Shown here: positions 1 through 12,400 of the stretch, one piece after another
Position numbering within the stretch: position 1 is the stretch's first letter
Layout: each line of letters starts with the position of its first letter
Assembly: GCF_009914755.1 (NCBI RefSeq)
Contig: NC_060929.1
Length of the DNA: 64,000 nucleotides
Origin: the human T2T-CHM13v2.0 reference genome, Homo sapiens
Reading direction: 5' to 3' (one strand)
The notes under the pieces: model-generated
The model's input: only the letters and a program-made list of their open reading frames with translations
Databases searched by the model: none
What the model was told of the DNA's origin: nothing
Translations under genes and position numbers: made by a program

Positions 1-94
1 CCCACTTGTTGAAACATTCTTTTAGTAGCTATGGTTTTGTTCATGTAAATTGGGTGAATTAATAAGAATTAATAAGAATAACACAAGTTATTGA

Positions 95-310
95 ATGGTT
101 AACATAACTTAGGCATTGCGCTAAGTATATTACATACATTATTTCAGTGAATCCTCACAACTACTCTTTGAGGTGGGTGATTTAATTTCACATTTTCAGA
201 TGAGAAAACAGGTTTAGAGACACAACTGAGATTTAGAGATGCTAAGCCACTTGCCAAGCTAACTCAGATAATAAGGAGTGATTCAGGATGTAACTTAGGT
301 GATGTAAACT
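95..310 (-). mobile_element. MIR SINE fragment
   Basis: MIR core-like aatcctcacaac...cattttcagatgagaaaacaggtttagaga...cttgccaag. Confidence 0.65.
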
Positions 311-326
311 CAAAACAAATGTTTGG

Positions 327-2030
327 ACTATGGAAAACAGTGTGGAGATTCCTTAAAAGTAGATCTGCCATTTGATCCAGCAGTCCCACTCCTGGGTATC
401 AACCCAGAGGAAAAGAAGTCATTATATGAAAAAGATACTTGCACATGCGTGTTTATAGCAGCACAATTCGCAATTGCAAAAATATGGAACTAGCCCAAAT
501 GCCCATCAATCAATGAGTGGATAAAGAAAATGTGGTATATATGTTCCATGGAGGACTCAGCCATAAAAAGGAATGAAATAATGGCATTTGCAGCAACCTG
601 GATGGAATTGGAGACCATTATTCTAAGAGAAGTAACTCAGGAATGGAAAACCAAACATTGTATGTTCTCATTCATAAGTGGGAGCTAAGCTATGAGGACG
701 AAAAGGCATAAGAATGATACAATGGATTTTGGAAAGGGTGGTAGGAGGGTGAGGGATAAAAGACTACACGTTGGGTTTAATTAGATCCCATTTGTCTATT
801 TTGGCTTTTGTTGCCATTTGTTGCTTTTGGTGTTTTAGACATGAAGTCTTTGCCCATGCCTGTGTCCTGAATGGTATTGTCTAGGTTTTCTTCTAGGAAG
901 GAACTTCTGCACAGCAAAAGAAACTACCAGAGTGAACAGGCAACCTATGGAATGGGAGAAAATTTTTGCAATCTACCCATCTGACAAAGGGCTAATATCC
1001 AGAATCTACAAATAACTTAAACAAATTCACAAGGAAAAAACAAACAACCCCATCAAAAAGTGGGTGAAGGATATGAACAGGCACTCCTCAAAAGAAGACA
1101 TTTATGCAGCCAACAGACACATGAAAAAATGCTCATCATCACTGGTCATCAGAGAAATGCAAATCAAAACCAGAATGAGATACCATCTCATGCCAGTTAG
1201 AATGGCGATCATTAAAAAGTCAGGAAACAACAGGTACTGGAGAGGGTGTGGAGAAATAGGAATGGTTTTACAAGTTTGATGGGAGTGTAAATTAGCTCAA
1301 CCATTGTGGAACACAGTGTGGTGATTCCTCAAGGACCTAGAACTAGAAATACCATTTGACCCAGCAATCCTGTTACTTGGTTTATACCCAAAGGATTATA
1401 AAAAATCATGCTACTATAAAGACACATGCACATGTATGTTTATTGCGGCACTGTTCACAATAGCAAAGACTTGGAACCAACCCAAATGTCCATCAATGAT
1501 AGACTGGATTAAGAAAATGTGGCACATATACGCCATGGAATATTATGCAGCCATAAAAAAGGATGAGTTCATGTGCTTTGCAGGGACATGGATGAAACTG
1601 GAAGCCATCATTCTGAACAAACTATCACAAGGACGGAAAACCAAACACCACATGTTCTCACTCATAGGTGGGAATCGAACAATGAGAACACATGGACACA
1701 GGGCGGGGAACATCACACATCAGGGCCTGCCGTGGGGTGGGGGCTGGGGGAGGGATAGCACTGGGAGAAATACCTAATATAAACGACGAGTTGATGGGTG
1801 CAGCAGACCAACATGGCACATGTATACCTATGTAACAAACCTGCGCATTGTGCACACGTACCCTAGAACTTAAAGTATAATAATAATTTTTTAAAAAGAG
1901 TACACATTGGGTACAGTGTACGCTGCTTGGGTGAGGGGTGTATCAAAATCTTAGAAATCCCACCAAAAGAACTTACTCATGTAACCAAATACCACCTGTT
2001 CTCCCGAAACCCATTGAAATAAAAAAAATA
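327..2030 (+). mobile_element. L1PB-type LINE-1 3' end (327-776 and 1913-2030), interrupted by a younger L1PA
   Basis: gaggaaaagaagtcattatatgaaaaagatacttgcac is L1PB-like; 3'UTR breaks at ...actacacgttgggt and resumes at ...tacacattgggtacagtgta, ending in aaataaaaaaaa. Confidence 0.85.
777..1893 (+). mobile_element. 5'-truncated, 5'-inverted L1PA (inverted part ~777-897, sense part 898-1887)
   Basis: ORF2 C-terminal remnants (ORFs 1064..1279, 1436..1777), L1PA 3'UTR ending ctagaacttaaagtataataa, 19-bp TSD 758-776/1894-1912 with 2 mismatches. Confidence 0.92.
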
Positions 2031-2770
2031 TGTAGTATTCAAAGAAAAAAAATCTTTTATCATTAACTATGATCTTGGTAGGAGTTTTTTTTTGGTACAA
2101 GCTTTTTATCAAATTAGCAAATTCTCTTGTATTCCAAGCATGCTAAGAATTTTATGTTTTTTACATAACTTTCTTGATATGTAATTAAATTAAAATAAAC
2201 TTCTTATGTTTAAATTGTACAATTTGATCCACTACCACAGATGTATACATCTGCAAAAACATTACTACAATAAAAATAGTGAACATTTTTATAATCCACC
2301 CCTCAAGCAAACACAAGTGTTTGTAAGTCTGTGTAATACGATTTCTTCTTGAAATAAAAAAGTATAGATTGGTAATTTGGAATATGATTAGGTTTAGGGT
2401 AGAAGAGGATGCAAAGGTAAATAAAATATGACACACTTTGTTATGGTGTGGCTGTGTCCCCATCCAAATCTCATCTTGACCTGTAGATCTCGTAATCCCC
2501 ACATGTCATGGGAGGTACCAGGTGAGAGGTAATTGAATCATGGGGGCAGTTACCTCCATGCTGTTCTCATGATAGTGAGTGAGTTCTTGTGAGTTCTGAT
2601 AGTTTTATAAGGGGTTCTTCCCCCTTCGCTCAGCACTTCTCTCTCCTGGGACATGTTTGCTGCTTCTTCTGCCATAATTGTAAGTTTCCTGAGGCCTCCC
2701 CAGCCATTCAGAACCATGTGTCAATTAAACATCTTTCCTTTATAAATTACTCAGTCTCTGGCAGTTCTTT

Positions 2771-5327
2771 TTTTTTTTTTTTTTTTAATCATTCTTGGGT
2801 GTTTCTCACAGAGGGGGATTTGGCAGGGTCATAGGACAATAGTGGAGGGAAGGTCAGCAGATAAACAAGTGAACAAAGGTCTCTGGTTTTCCTAGGCAGA
2901 GGACCCTGCGGCCTTCCGCAGCGTTTGTGTCCCTGGGTACTTGAGATTAGGGAGTGGTGATGACTCTTAATGAGCATGCTGCCTTCAAGCATCAGTTTAA
3001 CAAAGCACATCTTGCACTGCCCTTAATCCATTTAACTCTGAGTGGACACAGCACATGTTTCAGAGAGCACAGGGTTGGGGGTAAGGTCACAGATCAACAG
3101 GATCCCAAGGCAGAAGAATTTTTCTTAGTACAGAAGAAAATGAAAAGTCTCCCATGTCTACTTCTTTCTACACAGACACGGCAACCATCCGATTTCTCAA
3201 TCTTTTCCCCACCTTTCCCCCCTTTCTATTCCACAAAGCCGCCATTGTCATCCTGGCCCGTTCTCAATGAGCTGTTGGGCACACCTCCCAGACGGGGTGG
3301 TGGCCGGGCAGAGGGGCTCCTCACTTCCCAGTAGGGGCGGCCGGGCAGAGGCGCCCCTCACCTCCCGGACGGGGCAGCTGGCCGGGCGGGGGGCTGACCC
3401 CCCCACCTCCCTCCCGGACGGGGCGGCTGGCCGGGTGGGGGGCTGACCCCCCCACCTCCCTCCCGGACTGGGCGGCTGGCCGGGCGGGGGGCTGACCCCC
3501 CCACCTCCTTCCCGGACGGGGCGGCTGGCCGGGCAGAGGGGCTCCTCACTTCCCAGTAGGGGCGGCCGGGCAGAGGCGCCCCTCACCTCCCGGACGGGGC
3601 GGCTGGCCGGGTGGGGGGCTGACCCCCCCACCTCCCTCCCGGACTGGGCGGCTGGCCGGGCGGGGGGCTGACCCCCCCACCTCCTTCCCGGACGGGGCGG
3701 CTGGCCGGGCAGAGGGGCTCCTCACTTCCCAGGAGGGGCGGCCGGGCAGAGGCGCCCCTCACCTCCCGGACGGGGCGGCTGGCCAGGCGGGGGGCTGACC
3801 CCCCCACCTCCCTCCCGGACGGGGCGGCTGGCCGGGTGGGGGGCTGACCCCCCCACCTCCCTCCCGGACTGGGCGGCTGGCCGGGCGGGGGGCTGACCCC
3901 CCCACCTCCTTCCCGGACGGGGCGGCTGGCCGGGCAGAGGGGCTCCTCACTTCCCAGTAGGGGCGGCCGGGCAGAGGCGCCCCTCACCTCCTGGACGGGG
4001 CGGCTGGCCGGACGGGGGGCTGACCCCCCAACCTCCCTCCCAGATGGGGCGGCTGGCCGGGCGGGGGGCTGACCCCCCCACCTCCCTCCCGGACGGGGCG
4101 GCTGGCCGGGCGGGGAACTGACCCCCCCACCTCCCTCCCGGACGGGGCGGCTGGCCAGGCAGAGGGGCTCCTCACTTCCCAGTAGGGGCGGCCGGGCAGA
4201 GGCGCCCCTCACCTCCCGGACGGGGTGGCTGGCCGGGCGGGAGGCTGACCCCCCCACCTCCCTCCCGGACGGGGCAGCTGGCCGGGTGGGCGGCTGACGC
4301 CCCCACCTCCCTCCCGGACGGGGCGGCTGGCCTGGCGGGGGGCTGACCCCCCCCACCTCCCTCCCGGATGGGGTGGCTGCCGGGCGGAGACGCTCCTCAC
4401 TTCCCAGACGGGGTGGCTGCCGGGCGGAGAGGCTCCTCACTTTTCAGACGGGGCGGCTGCCGGGCGGAGAGGCTCCTCACTTCTCATACGGGGTGGCTGC
4501 CGGGCGGAGGGTCTCCTCACTTCTCAGACGGGGCGGCCGGGCAGAGACGCTCCTCAACTCCCAGACGGGGTGGCGGCCGGGCAGAGGCGCTCCTCACATC
4601 CCAGACAGGGCGGCGGGGCAGAGGCGCTCCCCACATCCCAGACGATGGGCGGCCGGGCAGAGACGCTCCTCACTTCCTAGATGTGATGGCGGCCGGGAAG
4701 AGGCGCTCCTCACTTCCCAGATAGGATGGCCGCCGGGCAGAGACGCTCCTCACTTTCCAGACTGGGCAACCAGGCAGAGGGGCTCCTCACATCCCAGACG
4801 ATGGGCGGCCAGGCAGAGACGCTCCTCACTTCCCAGACGGGGTGGCGGCCGGGCAGAGGCTGCAATCTCGGCACTTTGGGAGGCCAAGGCAGGCGGCTGG
4901 GAGGTGGAGGTTGTAGCGAGCCGAGATCACGCCACTGCACTCCAGCCTGGGCACCATTGAGCACTGAGTGAACCAGACTCCGTCTGCAATCCCCGCACCT
5001 CGGGAGGCAGAGGCTGGCGGATCACTCGTGGTTAGGAGCTGGAGACCAGCCCGGCCAACACAGCGAAACCCCGTCTCCACCAAAAAAATACGAAAACCAG
5101 TCAGGCGTGGCGGCGCGCGCCTGCAATTGCAGGCACTCCGCAGGCTGAGGCAGGAGAATCAGGCAGGGCGGTTGCAGTGAGCCGAGATGGCAGCAGTACA
5201 GTCCAGCTTCCGCTCGGCATCAGAGGGTGACCGTGGAAAGAGAGGGAGAGGGAGACCATGGGGAGAGGGCGAGGGCGAGGGAGAGGGCGAGGGAGAGGGA
5301 GAGCGAGAGGGAGAGGGAGAGTGAGAG
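2771..5327 (-). mobile_element. Full-length SVA retrotransposon (young, SVA_D-F-like), antisense to ADGRV1
   Basis: On - strand: (CCCTCT)n ~5262-5327, Alu-like ~4860-5250, GC-rich VNTR ~3283-4860, SINE-R ~2787-3283, poly(A); perfect 15-bp TSD ctctggcagttcttt at 2756-2770 and 5328-5342. Confidence 0.98.
3283..4860. repeat. SVA VNTR (~40- and ~49-bp GC-rich units)
   Basis: Tandem ggctggccgggcggggggctgacccccccacctccctcccggacggggc and ctcctcacttcccagacgggg units. Confidence 0.97.
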
Positions 5328-6167
5328 CTCTGGCAGTTCTTTATAGCAATATGAGAACAGACTAAACACACTTCTTAAAACAAAAACAAAAAGAGTGGTG
5401 GGTGGTCTTTTTAGTTATAAGACAAAGAATAATATTACAGGTGATTTATAAGAGAGATATGATCAACTCATCTTCACTATGTGGACACAGGACAGAGGCA
5501 GAGGGTAGTTGGGAGGTTACACTTAGTTTTGGTTTGATACATGTTTGAGGGACTGGTAGGACATTTGTTTGGAGATGTGTAGAAGTCAGTTGAAAGTGTG
5601 AGCAGGATTGGGGATTTATTTCTTTAACAAGAATTATTGCCACTATAATCAAAAGTTTGCCAGAAACTTCGAGGTAGCTCAGTGGAAGTGTTTTGATAGC
5701 TGACAATATGAGTGTTGTTCTGCAGGATGTAAATATCAATGGGGAAAGTTGTTCTGTGGCCATTATAGATTTTGGAAATATTGAATAAAAGTTGTATTCT
5801 TTTAGGCCTACTTAGGGTTTGTTATAGACTTTAGTAAGTATTTTGAATATTTAAGAAGGTTATTTAGTATCTGCACAAATGTATTTCCTAAATGTATTTC
5901 TAACAGAATTCTTTCATCTGATCAAAATGTGGGCATAACATTGCATAGACCACACTGGGGAATATTGGTTGGAACTTAAATGAAAGGATAAGAGTTGCAC
6001 TGGGAGACTTTTACAGGGACCAGGCAAAGCTGAGATTGCTCAGAGGACAGGGTTAAATCTGATATTGAAGGGAAGGAGGGAGTTGAAGTGGAAGCTTGAA
6101 GAGGAAACCAGGCTGAGAATGGGAAGTTGTTTGTAGGTAAGAAGAGTGCATTCGTGGGATGAGGAGC

Positions 6168-6228
6168 AAAGGAGAGAGAGAAAGAGGGAGAGAGAAGAGA
6201 AGAGAGGAAGAAGAGAAGAGGAAGATAA
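6168..6228. repeat. GA-rich polypurine low-complexity tract
   Basis: aaaggagagagagaaagagggagagagaagagaagagaggaagaagagaagaggaaga. Confidence 0.8.
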
Positions 6229-8614
6229 ATTAAGAGGTAAAATCTTAAACATGAAAGAATGAGGTCAGAAGCATAGATGGTGGGTTATTCTTAGAGAAGA
6301 GTATGCATGTTCCATTTTTGGAGACAGTCTATGGAGATAGAGATGGATAATTTTGAGGGAAGGGAAATAAAATCTTTTAAATGTTTGAACTATTACAAAA
6401 GTTTAAGGGTGGACAGTTAATATTGATGGGGAATCTGATGCAATAATGAAAGCAAATAAGAATAAACATTCTTATTTTAAATGTATGAAGATATACTATT
6501 CATTTTCAGTAACTATTCACGCGGTAGTGTGGAGGGCGTAGTTGGGAGGCAAGAATAGATTTAAAAAGGATTTACTTTTTCTTAGGAAAAAACTCACTGG
6601 AGATGGAATCCTATTTAAATGCCTTGATTTTCGTCATGTTTACTGCGGTATACCCACGCCTTCAATTATGCCTGGCAGATAGTAGAGACTCAGTGAGTAC
6701 TTTTTGAATGCCATTGAATGATGAATGAATGTTAGACACAGCCACAGCACATCAATAGTGCCCACATGCCACACATGGCTTTCCTTTAAGCTCTTTCAAA
6801 CTTGTGTCCATGAACGAAAAGACTAAGCTCTTGAAAAGACTTGGCGCTAAGCCCTGTAGCCAGGGAGAGCTGCTTAGGGACCCTGTGGGCTAAAGATAGC
6901 ACTAAAGAAATGGCATAGGCAGTGGAGCGTTTCTCCTCTGAAGAAAGCACATACAGAGTACGTGCTGACCCGTGCCAGGAGTTGGGGCTAGCGAGGCACA
7001 TGGGACACAGCCTGAAGTAGCAGGCCTGGACAGATGGAGGAAGACTGGCTTAAGACAGGGCATCAGGTACCGGAGCTCAGTGGCAGCTGAAGTACTGTAG
7101 TCTGGGAGACACCAGACCTCCTTTAGGAATGCATTAGCCACTGGAATTCTTAGAGCATACAAGTAGGGGAGCTCCAAGAGGTAAAAATGGATTTCCTGCC
7201 AGCGTGATGCATGGCGTCTTGAGTAGGATTTAATTTAATTTGGAAAATAACGGAGTGCTGACACATTTGCACCATGGGTGTTGTGGACTAGTTCATACTT
7301 GTTACATGCTAGGGATACCAAGGAATTAATAATCTTCGTTACATCACAGCTATAAGACAATTTTAATCAAATCTATCAATCTAACCCTATTATCCCTCCA
7401 ATCCCAGCAGAGTACTGAAACACAGTTTGGGCTGCATTTAAAACAAAAAAACCCACCAAATCCTTTAAGAATGAGAAAAGAAGAGAAACATTTAATTTTG
7501 GAATATGTGTAGGTAGTAGCTCATGGCCATAAAAAACCCCCAAAGAGTAGAGGCTTAAGGTAAGAAAAGAAATTAGATGGTTAGAGTAAATGCATTGAGA
7601 AAAACACAGGTGTACTTACAAAGTATGTTCGTGAAAGCCAAAAAAGTAAAGCCAATAAAGTATTAGGCATTCACTTCTCTGCAAAGATGAATTTAAATCA
7701 AACCTAATGAATACCTTATTTAAAATTTTAAATAAAAAATTTTACAAAATGTTTTATACAGCTCTCACCCATCTAAATGATCAGTTATTGATAAACTCTT
7801 AGGCATTCCCTAAACTAGAAAATTTTCATCCCTTGACATGGAATTTTTAAATGTTCTGATAGCTGTTATTAACATTTTTATCACTAAATACATCAGTCTG
7901 AAATGAGTTTACCCTGGAGTTAGTGTTACTTCTAGAGGGTATTTAACAATCTTCAATGGATTTAGCAAAGAGTATTTTCACATTTGGTTTTTACCTGATT
8001 GATAAATGCTTTTGTAATCTTATCAAGCATTATAGAAAGTCATTAAAAATTGATCTTAGGCTTTATCATCTTTTTTTTTATTTATAAACTTCTGTGTAAC
8101 TAAGAAGCCAGAGAAGCCCAATCTCAGAGATTTTTCCTTAGAGATATAAGCATATCGACAAAACATCGTAGCATACCGAGATGACATGAAATCTCACAAG
8201 TTCAATGTGTATGAGGCGGATGGAGAAATAATACTGTAAAGTCATTGGCTTCAAACTTCCTGGGATGGAAATGTTTGTAATCCAGGCTTAGGTTTTACAA
8301 GTTTCAAATTGATGGAGGATTGTAGAAGTTGGGGGAATAATAGAGCATGTTCAGGTATTTTGGTTGCAAATTAAGGCTCTTATTTTAATATAATTTTGTA
8401 CAGTCCTTGAGGCCCTGTGGAAAATTGTTAATTGAAGGGATTGAATGTCTAAAAAATATTAAATATCTTGTTTTAGTTTGGTAAATGGCTCCTGGTAGTG
8501 ACAATAGATAATATGACACGCAAATACCTTGCAAATGGGAAAGAGGTAGTACTTAGTTGGACCATAAGTGATCTTCCGGAGCTCTGCCTAATTCATTTGA
8601 GCATCACATATATA

Positions 8615-9185
8615 TTTTTTATTATTATACTTTAAGTTCTAGGGTACATGTGCACAACGTGTAGGTTTGTTACCTAGGTATACATATGCCATGTTGGTTT
8701 GCTGCACCCATTAACTCGTCATTTACATTAGGTATTTCTCCTAATGCTATCCCTCCCCCTTCCCCCCACCTCACAACAGGCGTTGGGGTGTGATATTCCC
8801 CACCCTGTGTCCAGTTGTTCTCATTGTTCAGTTCCTACCTATGAGTGAGAACATGCAGTGTTTGGTTTTCTGTCCTTGTGATAGTTTGCTGGGAATGATG
8901 GTTTCCAGCTTCATCCGTGTCCCTGCAAAGGACATGAACTCATCATTTTTTATGGCTGCATACTATTCCATGGTGTATATGTGCCACATTGTCTTAATCC
9001 AGTCTATCATTGATGGACATTTGGGTTGGTTCCAAGTTTTTGCTATTGTGAATAGTGCAGCAATAAACGTACATGTGCATGTGTCTTTATAGTGGCACGA
9101 TTTATAATCCTTTGGGTATATACCCAGTAATGGGATGGCTGGGTCAAATGGTAGTTCTAGTTCTAGATCCTTGAGGAATTGCCAC
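8615..9185 (-). mobile_element. L1PA 3' fragment (~570 bp)
   Basis: ttattatactttaagttctagggtacatgtgcacaac... is the reverse complement of the L1PA 3' end; ORF 8963..9187(-) resembles the ORF2 C-terminus. Confidence 0.93.
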
Positions 9186-9376
9186 ATATTTAGCCAGAAT
9201 AATAAAATGTTTATTTTTCTTCATATCATTGGTAAATTCACACAATTCCATTTTGTGTCAAAAGTAATAAATGAAAGTGAGAACCAGAAAACAGCACATT
9301 GTGAACAAAATTAAATAAAGACCTACTTCTTTTTAAAAACAAAAATTAAAAAAAAGATGCATTAAAAAAACATTCA

Positions 9377-9705
<329 letters not shown>

Positions 9706-10769
9706 GCAGCAAGGGAAAACGAATTCTTGTAAATAAGCCTTGTGTTAAATAGGAACTCATATCTGTGGCAATAGGCTTTTTAGAATTTCATAATATAACA
9801 GACTTTTTAGAATATCATACCACTAGGAACTCCACTTACCAAACCTGAGATGCAGCCAAAACTATACATGAAGCAAAACCGTATCTTTTAAATAATAAAA
9901 AGTAACTTGGTTTTCAATTTATGAATCTTAAAAGAATACCGTACTAAACCAATCAGGATAGAGAATTGATAAAGATTAAAAATGAAATTGATGAATTAGA
10001 AAACAGAAAAACATTGGACTTAATCCCAGATCAAAATAACCAAATAAAGTCAGTAGTCTTATAACTTCATTTTACAGAAGAGGAAGTAGACTCAGACGTT
10101 AACAATAGACTCAAACATTAACAGCCTGCTCATAGTTGCCCTGCTGGTAAGTATCAGAGTACTCTAAGGGCATAGATGCTAGGCTCTGCTGCATTTTTTT
10201 CAGTGTGAAGATTGGAATTATCCAACTGGCCAATTAGTCTAAATTCTGGGTAACAGTTTATAGCTTTAATGGCTAGAAAGTGGTTTGCAAGTGATACTGC
10301 TGGAGGCTATAATTGCTTGAGGAAGCCAAGGAAATATAGTAAAAACCAGCAGTCATTTGGGGATTGCTGGAGGCTTGGACAATAAGGGTATACAGGCATC
10401 ACTACAGCCTGGAACATTATGATCAAGAGCCTTATTAACAGAAGAAATAATGAACGTAGACACATGATTTCAGAGAATATTTGAAGAGGAAAATCTGAAA
10501 TTGTTAATTAGCCTTTTGGCAACACATCTCCATAAATGTATGCTGTAATGATCCTGTATTCCATTAATTCTTTTAGACTCCCGTATGTGTATCCTATTCA
10601 TCATCCAATTAGATTCCATTCCCAAATTCTGCAGATTTACAATACAACATCCTGACAATGTTTCGATGCCTGGTACAGTTTTTAATATGTCGGTAGATAG
10701 ATGGAAGGAAGTAAGTTTGTTTGATTTAACGGAAAACAGTAAGAAATTTTCGAAAGGGGAGAGGGGTGC

Positions 10770-11230
10770 TATACATAATGACTTCCTTCCAAAGTAGTTG
10801 GTATGGAAAAGAGGGCAAGAGTAACTTTGCAGTGGAGCACCCTGACAAATACCACCTCGGCCAGGTAACCAAGCTCGACACCAATAGTGATAAGTCATGT
10901 TGATAGTATGTACCTTTTGTATAAGTGATGAGAAAGTCTTTTTGCCTTTTTGGTCTTCCCCAAAACCCATAACCCCAGTCTAATCATGAGAAAGTTATCA
11001 GACAAATCCCAGCTGAGGGACATGCTACAGAATACCTGACCACATTCCTCAAAAGCGCCAAAGTCATCAAAAATAAGAAAACTCTGAGGAAATGTCACAG
11101 CCAAAAGGAGCCCAAGGAAACATGACAACCCAATGTAATGTGGTGTCCTGGATGTGATCCTGGAACAGAAAAAGAAAATTAGCTAAAAACGAAGAAAACT
11201 GGAATAAAGTGTTGACTTTAATTAGTCAAA
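10770..11230 (+). mobile_element. Old L1MC-type 3' UTR fragment
   Basis: ccccaaaacccataaccccagtctaatcatgag...gtcacagccaaaaggagcccaaggaaacatgacaac...gatcctggaacagaaaaag resembles L1MC3/4 3' ends. Confidence 0.75.
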
Positions 11231-12312
11231 TTGTATTATGCTTTGTATTTCTGTTGTGTTTTAGAAATGATTAATAGACATGGTGGTGGCTCAGCAGAAG
11301 CTGGGTGGTTAAAAGATTTGTGGTGTTTAAGCCTGAAGAAAGACTGGGCACATGCAAAGTGGTGTGGCAGTGGTTTCCATTTCAAAACACTTTCAGGGCC
11401 TCTTGATCTAACTTTTGGTTTCTATCATTTCTTTTTCCTTTTTATTTTCTAAACCTGGAGGAACCACAAATTATTACAGATGAAATACAAACTTTTTTTT
11501 CTAACCATGAAAAGTACTGTTCTCCTTCTCTGAGATCATACATGTAGCTGGGAGGGTAGGCATCTGCCAAGTTCCCAGACCTCTACCTGTGCTTCCCATG
11601 CCAGTTGCAGTGTGTAGAGGTGGCGGATACTGTGGTTCAAATTTTGGGGGTCATCCAGAACATCAGAAGCCCCAACATTTTGTTCTTTCACATACAGTGT
11701 TGTAATTCATTTCTCTTCTGACCTTGAAGTCCATGATGAGTTTTCATTGTTCTTTTAAACTTTCCTAAGTTCTCAATGTTTCCATCTACTTCAAACATTC
11801 CTTCACTCTAATGTTGCTACTGTGGAGGGTAGGCAGGAGCTTGTGGATGTATGGGTGGTGCTCATATAAGACAGTCCAGGATGCCCAATGCTGTTTCCTT
11901 TGGTCTCTTGACCATGTGGAGATTGAAGGTCTACAGCCTAGAAACTGGCACTTCATGGTGCACAGAGATGGATTCCCTCCCCTGGGCCTCATGACTACCT
12001 CAGTGCTGTAGCTTTTCATTTTGCTTCCCTTTAGCAATTGAGGAAACTCAAGGCCATGTGAAGGGAAGTGACTTGTCTAAACTTCTACAGCTGGGAAGAT
12101 GGCAGAGACTAGATTGGAGCCCAAAGCTGAGTGGAATCAATGCTTGCCTCCTGCTTTGGAGGTGACTTGGGGCCCAACACCCCAGGAGGCACTTGCAGTG
12201 TCCAGCTAAAGGTTTCATGGCATCTGTGTTAGGATGCCCATGGAGGTACTGCCAGGAATTCTTCCCATTGTCCTATGAAATCAAAGTCCTGGGACACTGC
12301 ATGGAGGCATTC

Positions 12313-12400
12313 CACAAGGTGGTGAGCGTGCATGTGTGTGTATGTGCCTGCACACGTGTGTGCAGGCACGTACACACACATGCACGCTCACCACCTTGTG
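12313..12400. repeat. 88-bp near-perfect palindrome (43-bp arms, 2-nt centre)
   Basis: 12313-12355 is the reverse complement of 12358-12400 with one mismatch. Confidence 0.97.

Larger units (their letters stand above)
2439..5368 (+). mobile_element. THE1 (MaLR, THE1D-like) solo LTR: 2439-2770 and 5343-5368, split by an SVA
   Basis: Starts TGttatggtgtggctgtgtcccc, ends gaacagactaaaCA; perfect 5-bp TSD CACTT at 2434-2438 and 5369-5373; TATA-like ttttataagggg and attaaa signal. Confidence 0.92.

Noticed and set aside
3283-4860. Regularly spaced repeats superficially like a CRISPR array or a CpG-island promoter
   Set aside because: No unique spacers and no cas genes; eukaryotic SVA VNTR. The real ADGRV1 promoter and exon 1 lie upstream of the window
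2954-5371. Long Pro/Gly/Arg-rich ORFs (e.g. 3583..4440 -, 285 aa; 4373..4960 +)
   Set aside because: Stop-poor translations of the SVA VNTR, Alu-like and hexamer regions; not genes
10470-10970. 166-aa minus-strand ORF
   Set aside because: Partly overlaps an old L1MC fragment; no recognisable domain or splice/promoter support
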